From Octopus bimaculoides (Eukaryota): a stretch of 56,122 bases of DNA. Positions 11,754 through 23,702 of this stretch are shown here, piece by piece; position 1 is the first letter of the stretch, and the number at the start of each line of letters is the position of its first letter. The DNA lies in the NCBI RefSeq assembly GCF_001194135.2, contig NC_069003.1, positions 27,604,757 through 27,660,878 of the forward strand, in the 5' to 3' direction. The notes below the pieces were generated by a model. The model was given only the letters and a program-made list of their open reading frames with translations. It did no database searches and was not told where the DNA came from. A program made the position numbers and the translations under genes.

Positions 11754-11987
11754 GAATAAATATATATATATATATATNNNNNNNNNNNNNNNNNNNNNNN
11801 NNNNNNNNNNNNNNNNNNNNNNNNNNNNNNNNNNNNNNNNNNNNNNNNNNNNNNNNNNNNNNNNNNNNNNNNNNNNNNNNNNNNNNNNNNNNNNNNNNNN
11901 NNNNNNNNNNNNNNNNNNNNNNNNNNNNNNNNNNNNNNNNNNNNNNNNNNNNNNNNNNNNNNNNNNNNNNNNNNNNNNNNNNNNNNN

Positions 11988-12120
11988 TGTGTAGGTACAG
12001 GTGTACCTGTGTAGTAAGAAGCTTGCTTCCCAACCACATAACTCCGGGGGAACCTTGGGCAAGTGCTTTCTACTGTACTGCGAGTGGATTTGGTAGACGG
12101 AAACTGAAAGAAGCCCGTCG

Positions 12121-12156
<36 letters not shown>

Positions 12157-12400
12157 TATTTGTGTGTGTGTGTGTGTGTGTATTTGTGTGCTTGCGCCTG
12201 TGTTTGTCCACCCCACCATCGATTGGCAACCTATGTTGGTGTGTTTATGTCCCCGTACTTAGCGGTTCGGCAAAAGAGACCGATGGAATAAGTTCTGGAT
12301 TTACAAAGACTAAGTCTTGGGGGTCGATTTGTTCGACTAAAACTCGTTAAGGTGATGCTCTAGCATGGCCGCAGCCAAATGACAAAGAAGTAAAAGAGTA
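11988..12400 (+). mobile_element. SINE family A, near full length with internal (TA)n(TG)n
   Basis: Head, CORE-like segment, microsatellite, and tail ..ctctagcatggccgcagccaaatgac..aagtaaaagagtaaaa. Confidence 0.9.
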
Positions 12401-12445
12401 AAATCTATGTATGTATATATGTATGTACGCATGCGTGTATGTATA

Positions 12446-12476
<31 letters not shown>

Positions 12477-12544
12477 CTGTGTGTGTGTGTGTGTGTGCGT
12501 AGGCAGATGAAGCCATATATTTAGATAGGTGTAGACATCGAGTA

Positions 12545-12650
12545 TTTAATGTCTTGCTCTCTGACAACCGCTCAGAGAATTCCTTCTTCCGATATCCTTC
12601 TTCAGATGTCACTCCAGTGTAGAGTCCACGTTCTCTAATACTATGCACAA
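12545..12650 (-). pseudogene. Possible RTE LINE 3' coding remnant
   Basis: IRERGLYTGVTSEE weakly resembles VRERRLRW.GHV.R..E. Only this one motif is present. Confidence 0.25.
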
Positions 12651-13099
12651 AATGTTCTATCGGTTTCCTTGGTTACCATCAGGTCATTTGTAAAATAATA
12701 TGTATTTTATCCTATATTGATTTTGTATTTTATTTCTGTATCATTTGAGAAGATGAGACGATATTTCACTCCCTCTCTCTCCCTCTCACTCTCTCACACA
12801 CACACACTCTCTCACATACACACTCTCTCCCTCTCACTTATTTCTCATGTAATTCAATCTACAGTTGTTTTATTCAAAGTAAGCTTTGGCTCTGTCGAAT
12901 CTAGATCATTGAAGAAAAATGTTCCGGCCATGACCGTCCAGTAGATTTCCAGGAAGCAGTGCACTCCCGACTGTATTATTAAATGTGTTGCTTTCTGGAA
13001 CTGTAGGATGTGATATTAAGGAAGTTTGACTGCGGTTTCTAGCATTTGTAGAACGGTTGCTTTATGAACTTCATCATTGACTCGTATTCATTGTAAATA

Positions 13100-13330
13100 A
13101 TATAGTAACAACAGCTGTGATGGCAGTGACAGCAGTAGCAGTAGCAGTAGTAGTAATATTTAGCAGTAGTAGTAATAGTAGTAGTAGTAGTAGTAGTAGT
13201 AACAGCAACATACCAGCAATAGTAGTAGTATTTAGTAGTAGCAGCAGTAGTAGTAGTAACAGCAACATACCAGCAATAGTAGTAGTATTTAGTAGTAGTA
13301 GTAGTAGCAGTTGTAGCAGCAGCAGTTGTG
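13100..13330. repeat. (AGT/AGC) compound microsatellite containing a 57 bp tandem duplication
   Basis: agtaacagcaacataccagcaatagtagtagtatttagtagtag occurs twice (about 13198 and 13255). Confidence 0.92.
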
Positions 13331-13574
13331 TTAGTATTAGTAGCTGTTGCTGTTTAATACCCAGGTTAACCGTAAGTGAGCAGACCTATGATCAAATGTG
13401 CTCCATGTTTGACCATCCAGTTATTTATTCAAACCTATTGTATCGAGGTATTCACTGCTTTGTTTTTGTTTTTTAAAGAGGTGTGTGTAACTTGAAGGTG
13501 ATTTAGCTATTGTTACCTGCAGGTCGAACAACCAAACAATAATATTTATAAAGGTAATAGTCTCCTGTCTTTCA

Positions 13575-13810
13575 TATACAAAGTCGACCTCGGCGGAATT
13601 TGAACTCAGAACGTGAAAGAGAGACGAAATACCGCTAAGCATTTCGTCCGGTGTGCCAACTATTCAGCCAACAGGCCGCCTTACACAGAAAGAAATATTG
13701 ATTTCAAATTTTGGCACACATGAATTGTTTTGCTCAAGAACACATCGCCCGGTCCAAGATTCGAAACCACAATCTTATTATCATATCCCTAACCACAAAG
13801 CCAAGCGCTT
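13575..13810 (-). mobile_element. SINE family B 5' half (13575-13683) adjacent to a SINE family C head (13700-13810)
   Basis: Reverse complements of the B head and of the C head (ttttgctcaagaacacatcgcccggtccaagattcgaaaccac). Confidence 0.8.
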
Positions 13811-13839
13811 CCATTATTGTTTTTACCTAAAAGGTGAAA

Positions 13840-14410
13840 TATAATTCTGAATTTGGTAAATAAATTGAAGATGCAGGCAGCTGGGAAATATACAAAAGAA
13901 CATTTGTTTCTACTAATTTGGTTTTCGTTCATTGTAGAGATGAAAAAAAAAAAAACTATAATTTTGAGTTGATAAATAATTTCAAAGTGCAAGCAGTGAT
14001 AAAGTACATTAAGAATATTATTTCTCTCTGTCAATTTTTTTTTTTACAAGAAATATGATTTTTGGTGTCGATAGATAAAGTGAAAATGGAGTATATTTTC
14101 ATCTTATTAGATAATATTATATTATTTTACATCACATGTTTTTTGTGTTCGTGAGAAGCAGTAGTAAAGTACCTCAAAAATATATTTTTCTCATTCGCAC
14201 TTTTACAATTGTAGAGCGAATGAAGTATAATTTTGAATTTGATAAATAAATTGAAAGTTTAAGCAATGAGAAAATATATTATCAATATTTTTGTGTGTTG
14301 CATTGTTGCATCTTTTTTTTCATTTTTGTAAAAGAGAAAAATATAATTCTGAGTTTGATAAATGAATTAACGGAATACACAGTGGTAAAATACATTAACA
14401 GTATTTCCTC
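13840..14410. repeat. Degenerate AT-rich satellite, unit about 115-120 bp
   Basis: ataatt(c/t)tga(a/g)tt(t)g(g/a)taaat recurs at about 13841, 13958, 14229 and 14343, each followed by a gca(g/a)tg.(t/g)aaa.ta.(c/t)att-like motif. Confidence 0.75.
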
Positions 14411-14849
14411 TTGTTAAATCTTAATTCTTTTAAATAAAATTGCAGACAATTCTAAAACACATTTACATACTAGACATTGTTGTTCAGAAAAATTAATCTA
14501 ATACGCGTAATTAATTCAATCAAGAGTAGGAATAGAGAGTTTGGTAGAAGCGGCGAAGCGTCAGCCGTAACGCTTCACAGATTTTAGTTGTTATTGTTGC
14601 TATTGTTAATTAGTTCCAGGTCAAACTTGATGGGACACATATATGAACAAAGACCTTCCATCCGTGACCGTCATGCATTTTCAGAGACGTTTACGATACG
14701 ACTACATTATCAAATGTCATTCTTATTTTAAGATGGTGGTGTGATATCTGAGAGAAAATTTGACTACTGTTTCTAGCATTGTGGCCTCCTATCTGGCTCA
14801 TGAGCATCGAAAGTTTTATTGTTGGTGTTGATATTGGTGTGGCTGAAGA

Positions 14850-15298
14850 AGGCGGCGAGTTGGCAGAATCGTTAGCACGCCGGGCAAAACGCGTAGCGGT
14901 ATCTCGTCCGTCTTTATGTTCTGAGTTCAAATTCCACCAAGGTCGACTTTGCCTTTCATTCTTTCGTGGTCGATAAAATAAGTACTAGTTGAGTACTGGG
15001 GTTAATGTAATCGACTTAGTCTCTCCACCCAAAATTGCTGGCCTTGTTTAAAAATTTGAAACCGATTTCATTGTTGCTGAAGGCGACGGACTGGCAGCAT
15101 TGTTAGCACTCCCGAACAAAATGTTTATCAGCATTTCGTCCGGCTTTACATTCTGAGTTCAAGTTCCGCCGAAGTCCACTTTACATTTCATCCTTTCAGG
15201 ATCGATAAAATAAGTGCTAGTTAAGCACTGGTGTTTATGTAATTGGCTATTCCCCCCTCCTCCACAAAATTTCAGGCCTTGTGCCTAAAGTAGAAAGT
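14850..15298 (+). mobile_element. Two head-to-tail SINE family B copies
   Basis: Heads at about 14851 (ggcggcgagttggcagaatcgttagcacgccgg) and about 15080, each with the core and tail. Confidence 0.92.
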
Positions 15299-15584
15299 TA
15301 CTGTTGTGGTTGTTGTTGTCTTCGTAGTAGTTGTCGTTGTTGTTGTTGTTGTTGTCATCGTCGTTGTGGTGGTTTTACTGTTGATAGTTAAACAGTTTTA
15401 TAAAATGAAAATAGATGAATTTATTAATTTCTAAACTTGGCTCGACCTCACAGTTGCACTGAGAAGGGGAAGAGTGAGGGGCGGTATAGTTTGATTGATT
15501 CTACCCCTAATCCAGAAAAGGGATCAAAACTCCCTCCCGAGACGTAGGTTCATAAGGCCACTTTCCCGAATTCTGTGGTGTGCA

Positions 15585-15775
15585 TATATTCTCTCACCCC
15601 TGGACGGGACGCTGGCTCGTCGCATAATTACTCATTTTTGCCAGCTAAGTGGACTGAAGCAACGTGAAATGAAGTGTTTTGCTCAAGATCACAATGAATC
15701 GCCCGAACCAGGATCTTGAAACCACAATTTTACGATCATGAACTGCAGCACCCTATCCACTAAGCTACGCACTTA
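15585..15775 (-). mobile_element. SINE with a family C head and CORE-like segment but a V-domain-like tail
   Basis: The minus strand reads head, ttgagcaaaacacttcatttcacgttg, ..gctggcaaaaatgagta, then gcgacgagccagcgtcccgtccagggg, which resembles the V-SINE motif gcgatggactggcg.cc.gtccagggtg. Confidence 0.7.
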
Positions 15776-16334
15776 CACCTACCCTTAGTTTCAGAACTGG
15801 CATTTTATTTATATCGAATCTAGCGTCAAACACCTTTGGATCTAAATTCAGCGCAGAAATAGACGTTACTAAGTAGCTTGTAATAAATCTGGTAATTTCT
15901 AATAAATTTGGTAGCTTCTACTAAATTGTCTGCTTTTCTCTTCTGACAATATATTAAAATATATCAAATTGTGTTTCTTTGACCTATGCTAAGCTGGAAT
16001 TTTAATGATATCTGCCATCTTTGAAACTCTAAATTTCTCTTAATGTGGTAATATGTAAATTATTCCATCTTATTCCAAATATTGGCACATATCCATTAAC
16101 ATGTCTGACCAAAGGTCGTCCATGTGATATATTTCTGTTGAGTTACGAGAAACTGTGGATGCAGTATGGCTGATTGGTTAATATAATCAATTCCCACAAA
16201 TGTCATTTATTTCTGTTGCCTCGAATTGACGCACACATTCTGAGTTAAACTGCATAAACGGAAATTGCATGGAAGTCCGTGAAATGGGTTGTACATTGTT
16301 GAGGAGAGCGCCAATCAGGTGAGCAGGCCACTGT

Positions 16335-16735
16335 TTGCCAATGTTTTACTGTTTTATTGCGAATTAACGGAAAGCAAGAACACGCAAGGTGGACAAAAAG
16401 TACTTCAAGGACACACTCAAAGCTTCACTGAAGAGCTTTGAGATCAACCCCGACACTTGGGAAACTCAAGAACAAGATCACCCTGTATGGCAAAGCTGCA
16501 CCAGCAGAAGTGCTACATCTCACGAACAGAACAGGATTGCAAGGACACAAAGAAAATGCAAGTCCAGTGCCAAATCCTTACCTTCAATCCCCAAGGATCA
16601 CCAGTGCCTGACCTGTGGTAGACTTCCGCTCACACAACGGACTGATTGGTCACAGCCACACACACCGTGCCCCGTCTTCTCTCTTCTCCCATGGGATATC
16701 CTTGGTCAAGGCCGACAACAATGGACAAGCTAATT
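16335..16735 (+). pseudogene. RTE-clade LINE 3' end (C-terminal coding region with a C2H2-like finger, plus 3'UTR)
   Basis: ..ELTESKNTQGGQK / YFKDTLKASLKSFEINPDTWETQEQDHPVWQSC..EQNRIA..HQCLTCGR / GLIGHSHTH, with 1-2 frameshifts. This is the typical RTE C-terminus GKR..GGQKKR.KD.LK..L...I....WE..A.DR..WR. Confidence 0.88.
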
Positions 16736-17214
16736 TTATTATACTGCTTCAACCTAAAAATTACCTTAAGGATACACGAGTGTGTTGGATACTCATCCAG
16801 CCATTTACGTGTTAATTCACGAGCAGCTTAAACAACGTAGTTTCACTGCCACCGCCAAGGGAAACTACTGAAGAACCAGTTTAAAGTTTAAATCAAATAA
16901 AACAAAATGCCGTTCTTATGATGTCATAATATGAAAGTTGGAGACTAAAGTTTCCCTTACGCGATTAATTTCATTTACAGAAGCCATGAAAGTTAGGATT
17001 TTTTGAACTTCCCTAAAAATATTTTTTGAAACACCTCGATACAGTTACTATTGTTCCTGAGGTCCGTCTTTAACAAGCAGGCCCGGAGTTAAATGATTTT
17101 CTGCTTGGTCATGCCTTCTCTCTTTTCTCTCACCCCACTCCCCATCTTCCCTCTACATCTCTCTCTCTCTCTCTCTGCTTTGCTAGAATACATTATCTAA
17201 TATGTGCTACTGTA

Positions 17215-17432
17215 TTAAGGTGGCAGGCTAGCAGAACCGCTGGCACGCCGGACAAAATGCTTAGCGGCACTTCGTCAGTCTTCATGTCTGAGTTGAAATT
17301 CCACCGAGGTTAACTTTGCCTTTCATCCTTTCGGAGCCGATAAAATAAGTACCAGTCGACCACTAGGGTCGATATAATTGACTTACCCACACTTCCCAGT
17401 ATTGCTAGCATTGTACCAAAATTTGAAACCAA
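17215..17432 (+). mobile_element. SINE family B
   Basis: Head, B-box-like gagttgaaattcc, core and tail aaatttgaaacc. Confidence 0.88.
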
Positions 17433-17726
17433 TATGTCCTGTGTTATTTATTTATTTTTTTTGATAGTTGAGTAGGAGTTGAAGAATATTTGGATGCTAT
17501 TTCTATCAGGTTAATTGACCACGAAGTAACTGCCTATATTCCTTAGGTGTCGCAGGGTTAAAGCAATATACTGGCTGACAACAATAAAGTTTCGCCTGCA
17601 TTTCTCTTTTACTATAATTATTTACGTGAATGAAATAAATTCTATTGATTTTATTTTTAGTTAGATATATCTATGAAATTATTTTATTGATTACGTTATC
17701 GATTTTATTCTATTATTTTTGTTCAA

Positions 17727-17963
17727 ATGTTATCTCAAAGTGATCGGGTCAATGTAGTGCTTGTAATGGCGAGAAATAATTGTTCACTAGTCTTTGTTTA
17801 GCGTGAATGGAGAGGTTGGTATGGAAACAGCCTAAAAGTGATAAAACTTTAAGACAAACAATTTTGTGGAACTAGCAGTGTCCATACTTTACAAAGAGAA
17901 GGACGTTTTCGTATCGCGGATGGAAATTTTGCCAAGATAGATAGTATTGTGAAGAAAATATAA
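17727..17963 (+). pseudogene. Tc1/mariner-superfamily transposase N-terminal HTH region (DUF4817-like), decayed
   Basis: MLSQSDRVNVVLVMARNNCSLVFV*REWRGWYG..KL*DKQFCGTSSVHTLQREGRFR resembles ..ERV.IVL.Y..N..S...VQR.WR..F..I..L..KF..TGSV.D..RSGRPR. It has two in-frame stops. Confidence 0.55.
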
Positions 17964-18075
17964 AACTTTTTTCTTTCGAAAGTCATTTTAAAAATTAACA
18001 CTAAATAAAATATGACAGAATGACTTATAGTCAATTAGTGAAAAGAAGCGTTTTTTCTTCTATTTTTTTTTAAAT

Positions 18076-18301
18076 GTAGGCAAAGCTGTGTGGTTGAGAC
18101 GCTTGCTTTGCAATCACGTGATTTCTGGTTCAGTTTCACTGCGCAGCACCTTGGGCAAGTGGCTTCTACTATAGTCTTGGACCGACCAATGATTTGTGAG
18201 TGAATTTGGTAAACGCAAACTGTGTGGAAGCCCATTNNNNNNNNNNTATATATGTATGCCTGTATATATATATACATGTATGTGTATCTATCTATCTATC
18301 A

Positions 18302-18338
<37 letters not shown>

Positions 18339-18575
18339 TATGTTTGCTCATTCGGCTTAATTTGGACGTGCAGATTAATATTTGTTACAAAGACTGCTAC
18401 CATCACTTATATCTAATTTATGTGTGTGTGTGTGTGTGTTTCACACACACACCGATTGACAATCTGTGTTGTTTTGTTTATGTCCTCTAACATAGCCCTT
18501 CAGCGAAAGCGGCCGGCCGATAGAGTAAGTACCAAACTTTAAAATGAGTACCGAGGTCAATTTGTTCAACGCTGG
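18076..18575 (+). mobile_element. SINE family A, degenerate, inside the Tc1/mariner fossil
   Basis: Head and CORE-like segment at 18076-18235, microsatellites, tail remnant at 18430-18575. Confidence 0.75.
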
Positions 18576-18589
18576 ACTGCAATTAAGAC

Positions 18590-18759
18590 CAATGTTTAAA
18601 AGGGAAAAAACTCAAAGTATTAACAAAATGAAAACAGTTGTAACTGAAGAATTTATCAAAACATGTTTAAAAAATCTATTTTTTTATAAAATGGTTCATC
18701 GACTTTATCTGTACATTAGTGCTAAAGGGGAACATTTTCTGCATAAATGTTTAATATAA
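18590..18759 (+). pseudogene. Probable Tc1/mariner transposase C-terminus
   Basis: KMKTVVTEEFIKTCLKNLFFYKMVHRLYLYISAKGEHFLH resembles LK..I...RL..CI.A.G.HFEH. It is on the same strand as, and downstream of, 17727-17963. Confidence 0.45.
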
Positions 18760-19362
18760 AATTAACGTTGTTAATAGTTTTGTTTGTTTCAATAATTTTT
18801 GCACACATCATTTTCTTATTATTATTTATTAAAACACCATAGGAGCTTTATTGATCACATTGGCTTAACAATAGCATATCTGAATATTTCAGTCGCTTCT
18901 AGTGGAAACAGCTACAGCCCTTAGGTATCTGTTGGATAAATCAATATACTTCTTAGTTTAACATTAATATACCTGAACATTCTGATCATTTCTAGTAAAA
19001 ATAGCTACAAAACTACAATTCATAGTTAATTGTCAGCAGGTTAAGACGATATACAGCTTGGTTTAAAAACATTATGTCTAACCATGTTAGTTGCTTCTTG
19101 TGGAAATCGCTACAGAACTTTTGCTCAGTTTGCTGCAGAATATTTTGTTTCTAGCAGAAATATGTCTTTGTCCTCTAGTTCCTTCTACGGGATGTTGGGG
19201 CGCTACCGAACGGCTTTTTGTACCGTGTCAAAAACGTATTGGATATCACCCAATGGATTATTACATGCATAAATAATGCTTTTAGACCTGCCTGTTTGGT
19301 TTTTCTTTTGATTGTAGGTGTTGTGAATACATTTTGTTAGCATTATATGCTGTTGTTACAGC

Positions 19363-19970
19363 AGCGAGTTGGCACGCCGGACTAAAAGGTTTAGTGGCAT
19401 TTTCGTCCGTTCTTACTTTCAGAGTTCATATTCCGTCGAAGTCAACTTTGCCTTTCATCCTTTCGGGGTCGGTAAAATAAGTACCAGTTGATCGCTGGAA
19501 TTGATGTAATCGATTTACACCTTTCCCTCAAAACTTCAGGCCTTGTGCCTAAAAGTAAGAGTGAAAGGCAGCGAGCTGACAGCATCGTTGGCACGATGGG
19601 CGAAATGCTTAGCAGCATTCCGTCCGTTTTTACGTTCTGAGTTACAATTCCGCCGGGGTCGACTTTGCCTTTCATCCCTTCGGGTCAATAAAATAATAAC
19701 CAGTTGATTGCTGGGGTCGATTGCCCCGAAATTTCAGGCCCTCTGCTTATAGTAGAAAGGATTATATTCTATTGTTAGCACACCGGGCAATTTGCTCAGC
19801 GGTATTTCGTCTGTCTATGTTCTGAGTTCAAATTACGCTGAGGTCAACCTTGCTCTTATATTCAAAATATTATTATCGATAAAATAAGTAGCAGTTGAGC
19901 GCCTGGAGGTCAAAGTAATCGACTTACCTCTCTCCCGAAATTGCTGGCCTTCTGCTAAAATTTGAAACAA
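19363..19970 (+). mobile_element. Three head-to-tail SINE family B copies
   Basis: Copies at about 19363-19556, 19566-19765 and 19783-19970, each with the gagttc/gagtta B-box-like motif and the core domain. Confidence 0.9.
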
Positions 19971-20360
19971 AAATTTCTGGGAACGGAAACATCCCTATCG
20001 TAATGTCTTATGAATTATGGAACTAGATGCATTCGAATTCGTAAATGAAACATCAAGACTCAGACACAGAGAATATATGGAAGAGAGAACAATTTAGCAT
20101 TTCATACTCATTCATTCTGTAGTGTACTGCTAATAGAATCATACTGTTAGGTACTTCATGTATATTATCCTTTCATCTTTTGTCTCTCTCTTGTTTTAGT
20201 CATAAGACTGTGGCGTTGCTAGGACACCGTTGGACGATGGCTTAGCTGACCGAAATTTCAAAGTCACTGTCACAAATATTCTTGTTTATGAATAATAAAT
20301 TTGTACTCTACAAAAGTATAGAGTAACCCATCAGATGAATGTAAAACATAAAAGCAAACA

Positions 20361-20396
<36 letters not shown>

Positions 20397-20409
20397 TATA
20401 TATATATAC

Positions 20410-20572
20410 ACCATGGGCTTCCACACAATTTCCGTCCACCAAATTCACTCAAAAATCCTTTGGTCGGCCCAGAACTATTTAAGGTACTCGTGCAGGATTT
20501 CGTGCAGTGGGACCGAACTTAAAACCATGTCGTTTGCAGCGCGAATTTCTTTCTTAAAACCACACAACTGTT
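20410..20572 (-). mobile_element. SINE family A 5' half (tail remnant at about 20190-20250)
   Basis: Reverse complement of the head: gggcttccacacaatttccgtccaccaaattcactc..gtgcagtgggaccgaac. Confidence 0.8.
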
Positions 20573-20629
20573 CTTGTGTAACAAGTGAACTTGAAGGAAA
20601 AATATCTCTTGTATGTATAGAAGAAATCA

Positions 20630-21170
20630 ATAAATTGCAAAGTAGAATCTGATTGTAGCGAAGAAAGAGTTTAAGGACATCGCCAAAGAACGTATGAAAA
20701 AGAACAAATTAAATATGTATTGAAGATAGAAAGGAAAAAAGAAAATTACTATGGTTGGTGTCCAGTTAAATTTGACAGAGAGAATGGAAGTCAGTGTGTA
20801 AGGTAACAATCTATCACGTAACTGAGGATTAACGGTTAAAACAGAAAGTCTGATTTTAGCTGTTCACAATCAGTGTCTAACTAGGCATAACCGTATGAAG
20901 ATAATGAAACAAGAGAACAAGAATAAGTCCAGGCTCATTAATCAGTTCAATGAACCAACTGACGACATCATTTGTATCTACCCTGTCTCTACAAAATCAG
21001 ATTATTTTCGCAGACTCAAGGGTATTGAAAACAATGTATACTGGTGAAAATATTTCAACTTCCACGCAAGCGAAAACAAATAAGAATTGGTATAAGCATG
21101 TATCAAACACGGCAAAATAACAGTTTGGTCACAATCCTATGAATTTCTCCGTACAGATTGACAGAGTTCA
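20630..21170 (+). pseudogene. Second R4/Dong-like REL non-LTR fragment, heavily decayed
   Basis: GLTVKTESLILAVHNQCLTR..KIMKQENKNKSRL..QFNEPTDDII..YW..WYKH..PVQIDR follows the same motif order as 11264-11753. Confidence 0.7.
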
Positions 21171-21254
21171 AGGCAAACCTGTAAGGAGACTGAATTGAAG
21201 GACCTTGGAGAGAAAATAAACAATGTTGGGTGTGAAAATTAAAAGCGTCAATAA

Positions 21255-21675
21255 TCCTTTCTACGATAGGTACAAGTCCTGAAATTGTGAAGGAATAGTT
21301 AGTTGATTATATCAATCCTACTGCTTGAGTGGATCTTAATTTATTGATCCCGTGATAAAAGGCAAAGTCGGCCTCAGCGAATTTGAAGTCAGAACGTAAA
21401 GTGCTGGGAAAATGCGGATAAATATTTTGACCGGTACGATTCTGCCAGCTCACCGCTTTTAATTGTGTCCATTAATAATGGTTTGGCAATTTGGCACAAG
21501 GCGAATAAATTTACTGGAGGGGAGTTAATCAATTACAGCAACACTAGTGCTCAACTAATACGTATTTTATCTACTTCGGGAGGATAAATTTCGAAGTCGA
21601 CCGCGGCGGAATTTAAACTCACGACGTAATAAGTCTTTAAGTCGAACGTGCTAACAATTTTGCCATCTCGTCACT
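21255..21675 (-). mobile_element. Two head-to-tail SINE family B copies
   Basis: Reverse-complement cores at about 21355 (aaaggcaaagtcggcctcagcgaatttgaagtcagaacg) and about 21590 (aagtcgaccgcggcggaatttaaactc). Confidence 0.85.
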
Positions 21676-22047
21676 TTTTATGTATTAGATATAATAAACA
21701 AAACACATGCACAATATAAAAATAGTCCAAAAAGTAGTTCTGCTAACATCCTACGCATATCCCTTTTAATTCAGTAGCTTCCCTCTGTATAATTTATGTA
21801 CCACTCCAACAATACAATCTTCTAAGAAATACCGCTCAATACACCCCCCGTTGTATATAATTTAATATTTGTATAATCCTGAGATGATAACCAACGCCAT
21901 ATCAAAGCAGCTTTTTGCCAGCCATTTTACAATAGACATTCCTACAATAAAGATTTGTACTGTGTTCATCTTTTGTAAGTATTTATAGAGTTGTACGGAT
22001 TTTTTTTCCCTCGAGAATTAAGCTTTCTTTTTAGTTTACACATCAGA

Positions 22048-23702
22048 ATGCTAAAAAAGAGCAAAATAAAGCCGTAAGTGTTAGCAAGTATGAATTCAAT
22101 GAATAGCGTGGAACGCTATTTATAGCGCGTGTTTCAAGAAAACCGTTTATTTGTGAAAGCATTTTCTTACATAATAGAAGACAAGACCGTAACAGACACT
22201 ATAAAACACGGAACATCAGACAGAAATCGAAGGAAAACTGAAGTTAGTGTTTATGTAAGAGTTAAAGAAAGATTACAGAAAAAGAAGAAACCGGGGAAAT
22301 ATAAAATATTTATTGAAAGAAGCTGTGGAAGTTTAGCAATAACTGAAGAATTCTATGATTTACCTTTAATATTAACCAAAAACAGAATCCATTCTTTAAA
22401 AGGGAAGGGGTTGCTAGCCTTCTCTCCAAATATTTGCAGAGTATCTCGATGAAGATGGTCTGAAAAGAAATTTATTTTCTCACGTTGTGTTTGACTAGCT
22501 CAAAAAACTGTTGCATTTATTATTATTTTTTTATTCTTGGTTTTGGACGAATCTACACGACATGTATGATTTAACTCGGATAAAAATTTTATAAGAGGAA
22601 TTGATGGTAATTCTGGCATCTTTGAAGAACTTGTTGGCTTTAAAAAATAAGAAAAAACATATTTGAAGATGTTAAGTCCTGCTTGGAAAATCAAAAGTTA
22701 ACTTTCAAAAAACAGAGACACTGAGACTACAAATTCTTCTAATAAATTATCGCTGCATTATTGACCAGAAATAGTTGTGTAGGAAAGCTTTGACTTTACG
22801 GGGTGCTGCATGAACGCTTAGGAAATAAAACTAGAGCAAGAGCATTAAAAAGACAAGGATTCGGAGAATGCGAGATTTGGAACATGACGATCTTGCCCGC
22901 CATTGTAATCTGCACTAACTTTTAAGAAGAAAGTTTCTGAAGCGAAAAATGAACTGCCTGAAAAGCTATTTCATGTTATGACAATTGCATTATTTAGCCT
23001 TTTTTTTATTTTTCCTTTCAACCAGCTATTTCAGTGATCTAAAGTGGAATCTGCTGGGCAAGACCAATTCGTTTTGTAGCTTAATAAAAGATATCAATGC
23101 ATTTAAGATGAAATTAAAACTGTTCATCTGTCAGCTAGAAAATTAGGATTTGAACCAGCTTCCGCACTTAGAAAAAGCAGAGTGATGTTGCTTCGGATAA
23201 TGACAATGTTAGAAAATATCTTGAGAAACAAAAAAGAAGAAACATGTTGTAAAAGTTATTTGAAAAATCGTTTTTATGATTTTATCAAAGAAGACTGCAT
23301 ATTCGCATGTATAAACCTTTTAACCCATTTTTGTTAAGTTGATAAAAAAAATCATGAAAATTGCAAGTAACATACAAATGGAATATATTGACTTGAAAAC
23401 AAATTCATTATTGAAAATGAAATTTGATGAGCTTCCTTCAGTTCCAAATGCTGTTGACATGATTAATTTCTGGCGATCAATTAACCTTTGAATATTTGTC
23501 AGAACTAAGAAAATTTTCTCAGTTACATCCGTCGTTTCGGAATGAAGAAGAAAAAAAAAATTAATCCATGAAACTGATAAAAATCAAAACGAGGTTACGA
23601 TTGACTGAACCAAATTTGAAGAATTCGTGGTTGTTCTTAGTAACTAATTTAATTCCAAACATTAAAAGCTTGGCAAAGTCAAACCAGACTCAAAACTTTC
23701 AT
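22048..23702 (+). pseudogene. hAT transposase fossil (SPIN/Charlie/GTF2IRD2-like), nearly full length
   Basis: Ordered motifs across frameshifts: KYEFNE*..RKPFICES..NRHYKT (BED-finger region); FLVLDEST..FIRGIDGNSGIFEELV; RCIIDQK*LCRKAL (HCIIHQE.LC); TRARALK; DLEHDDLARHCN; SLIKDINAFKMKLKLFICQL; MKLIKIKTRLRLTEPNL..PNIKSLAKSNQTQNFH (dimerisation domain). Confidence 0.9.

Noticed and set aside
9640-19970. CRISPR-like repeat-spacer appearance of the family D and family B arrays
   Set aside because: The units are about 200 bp, diverged and dispersed on both strands in a eukaryotic context. There are no constant 25-45 bp repeats and no cas genes.
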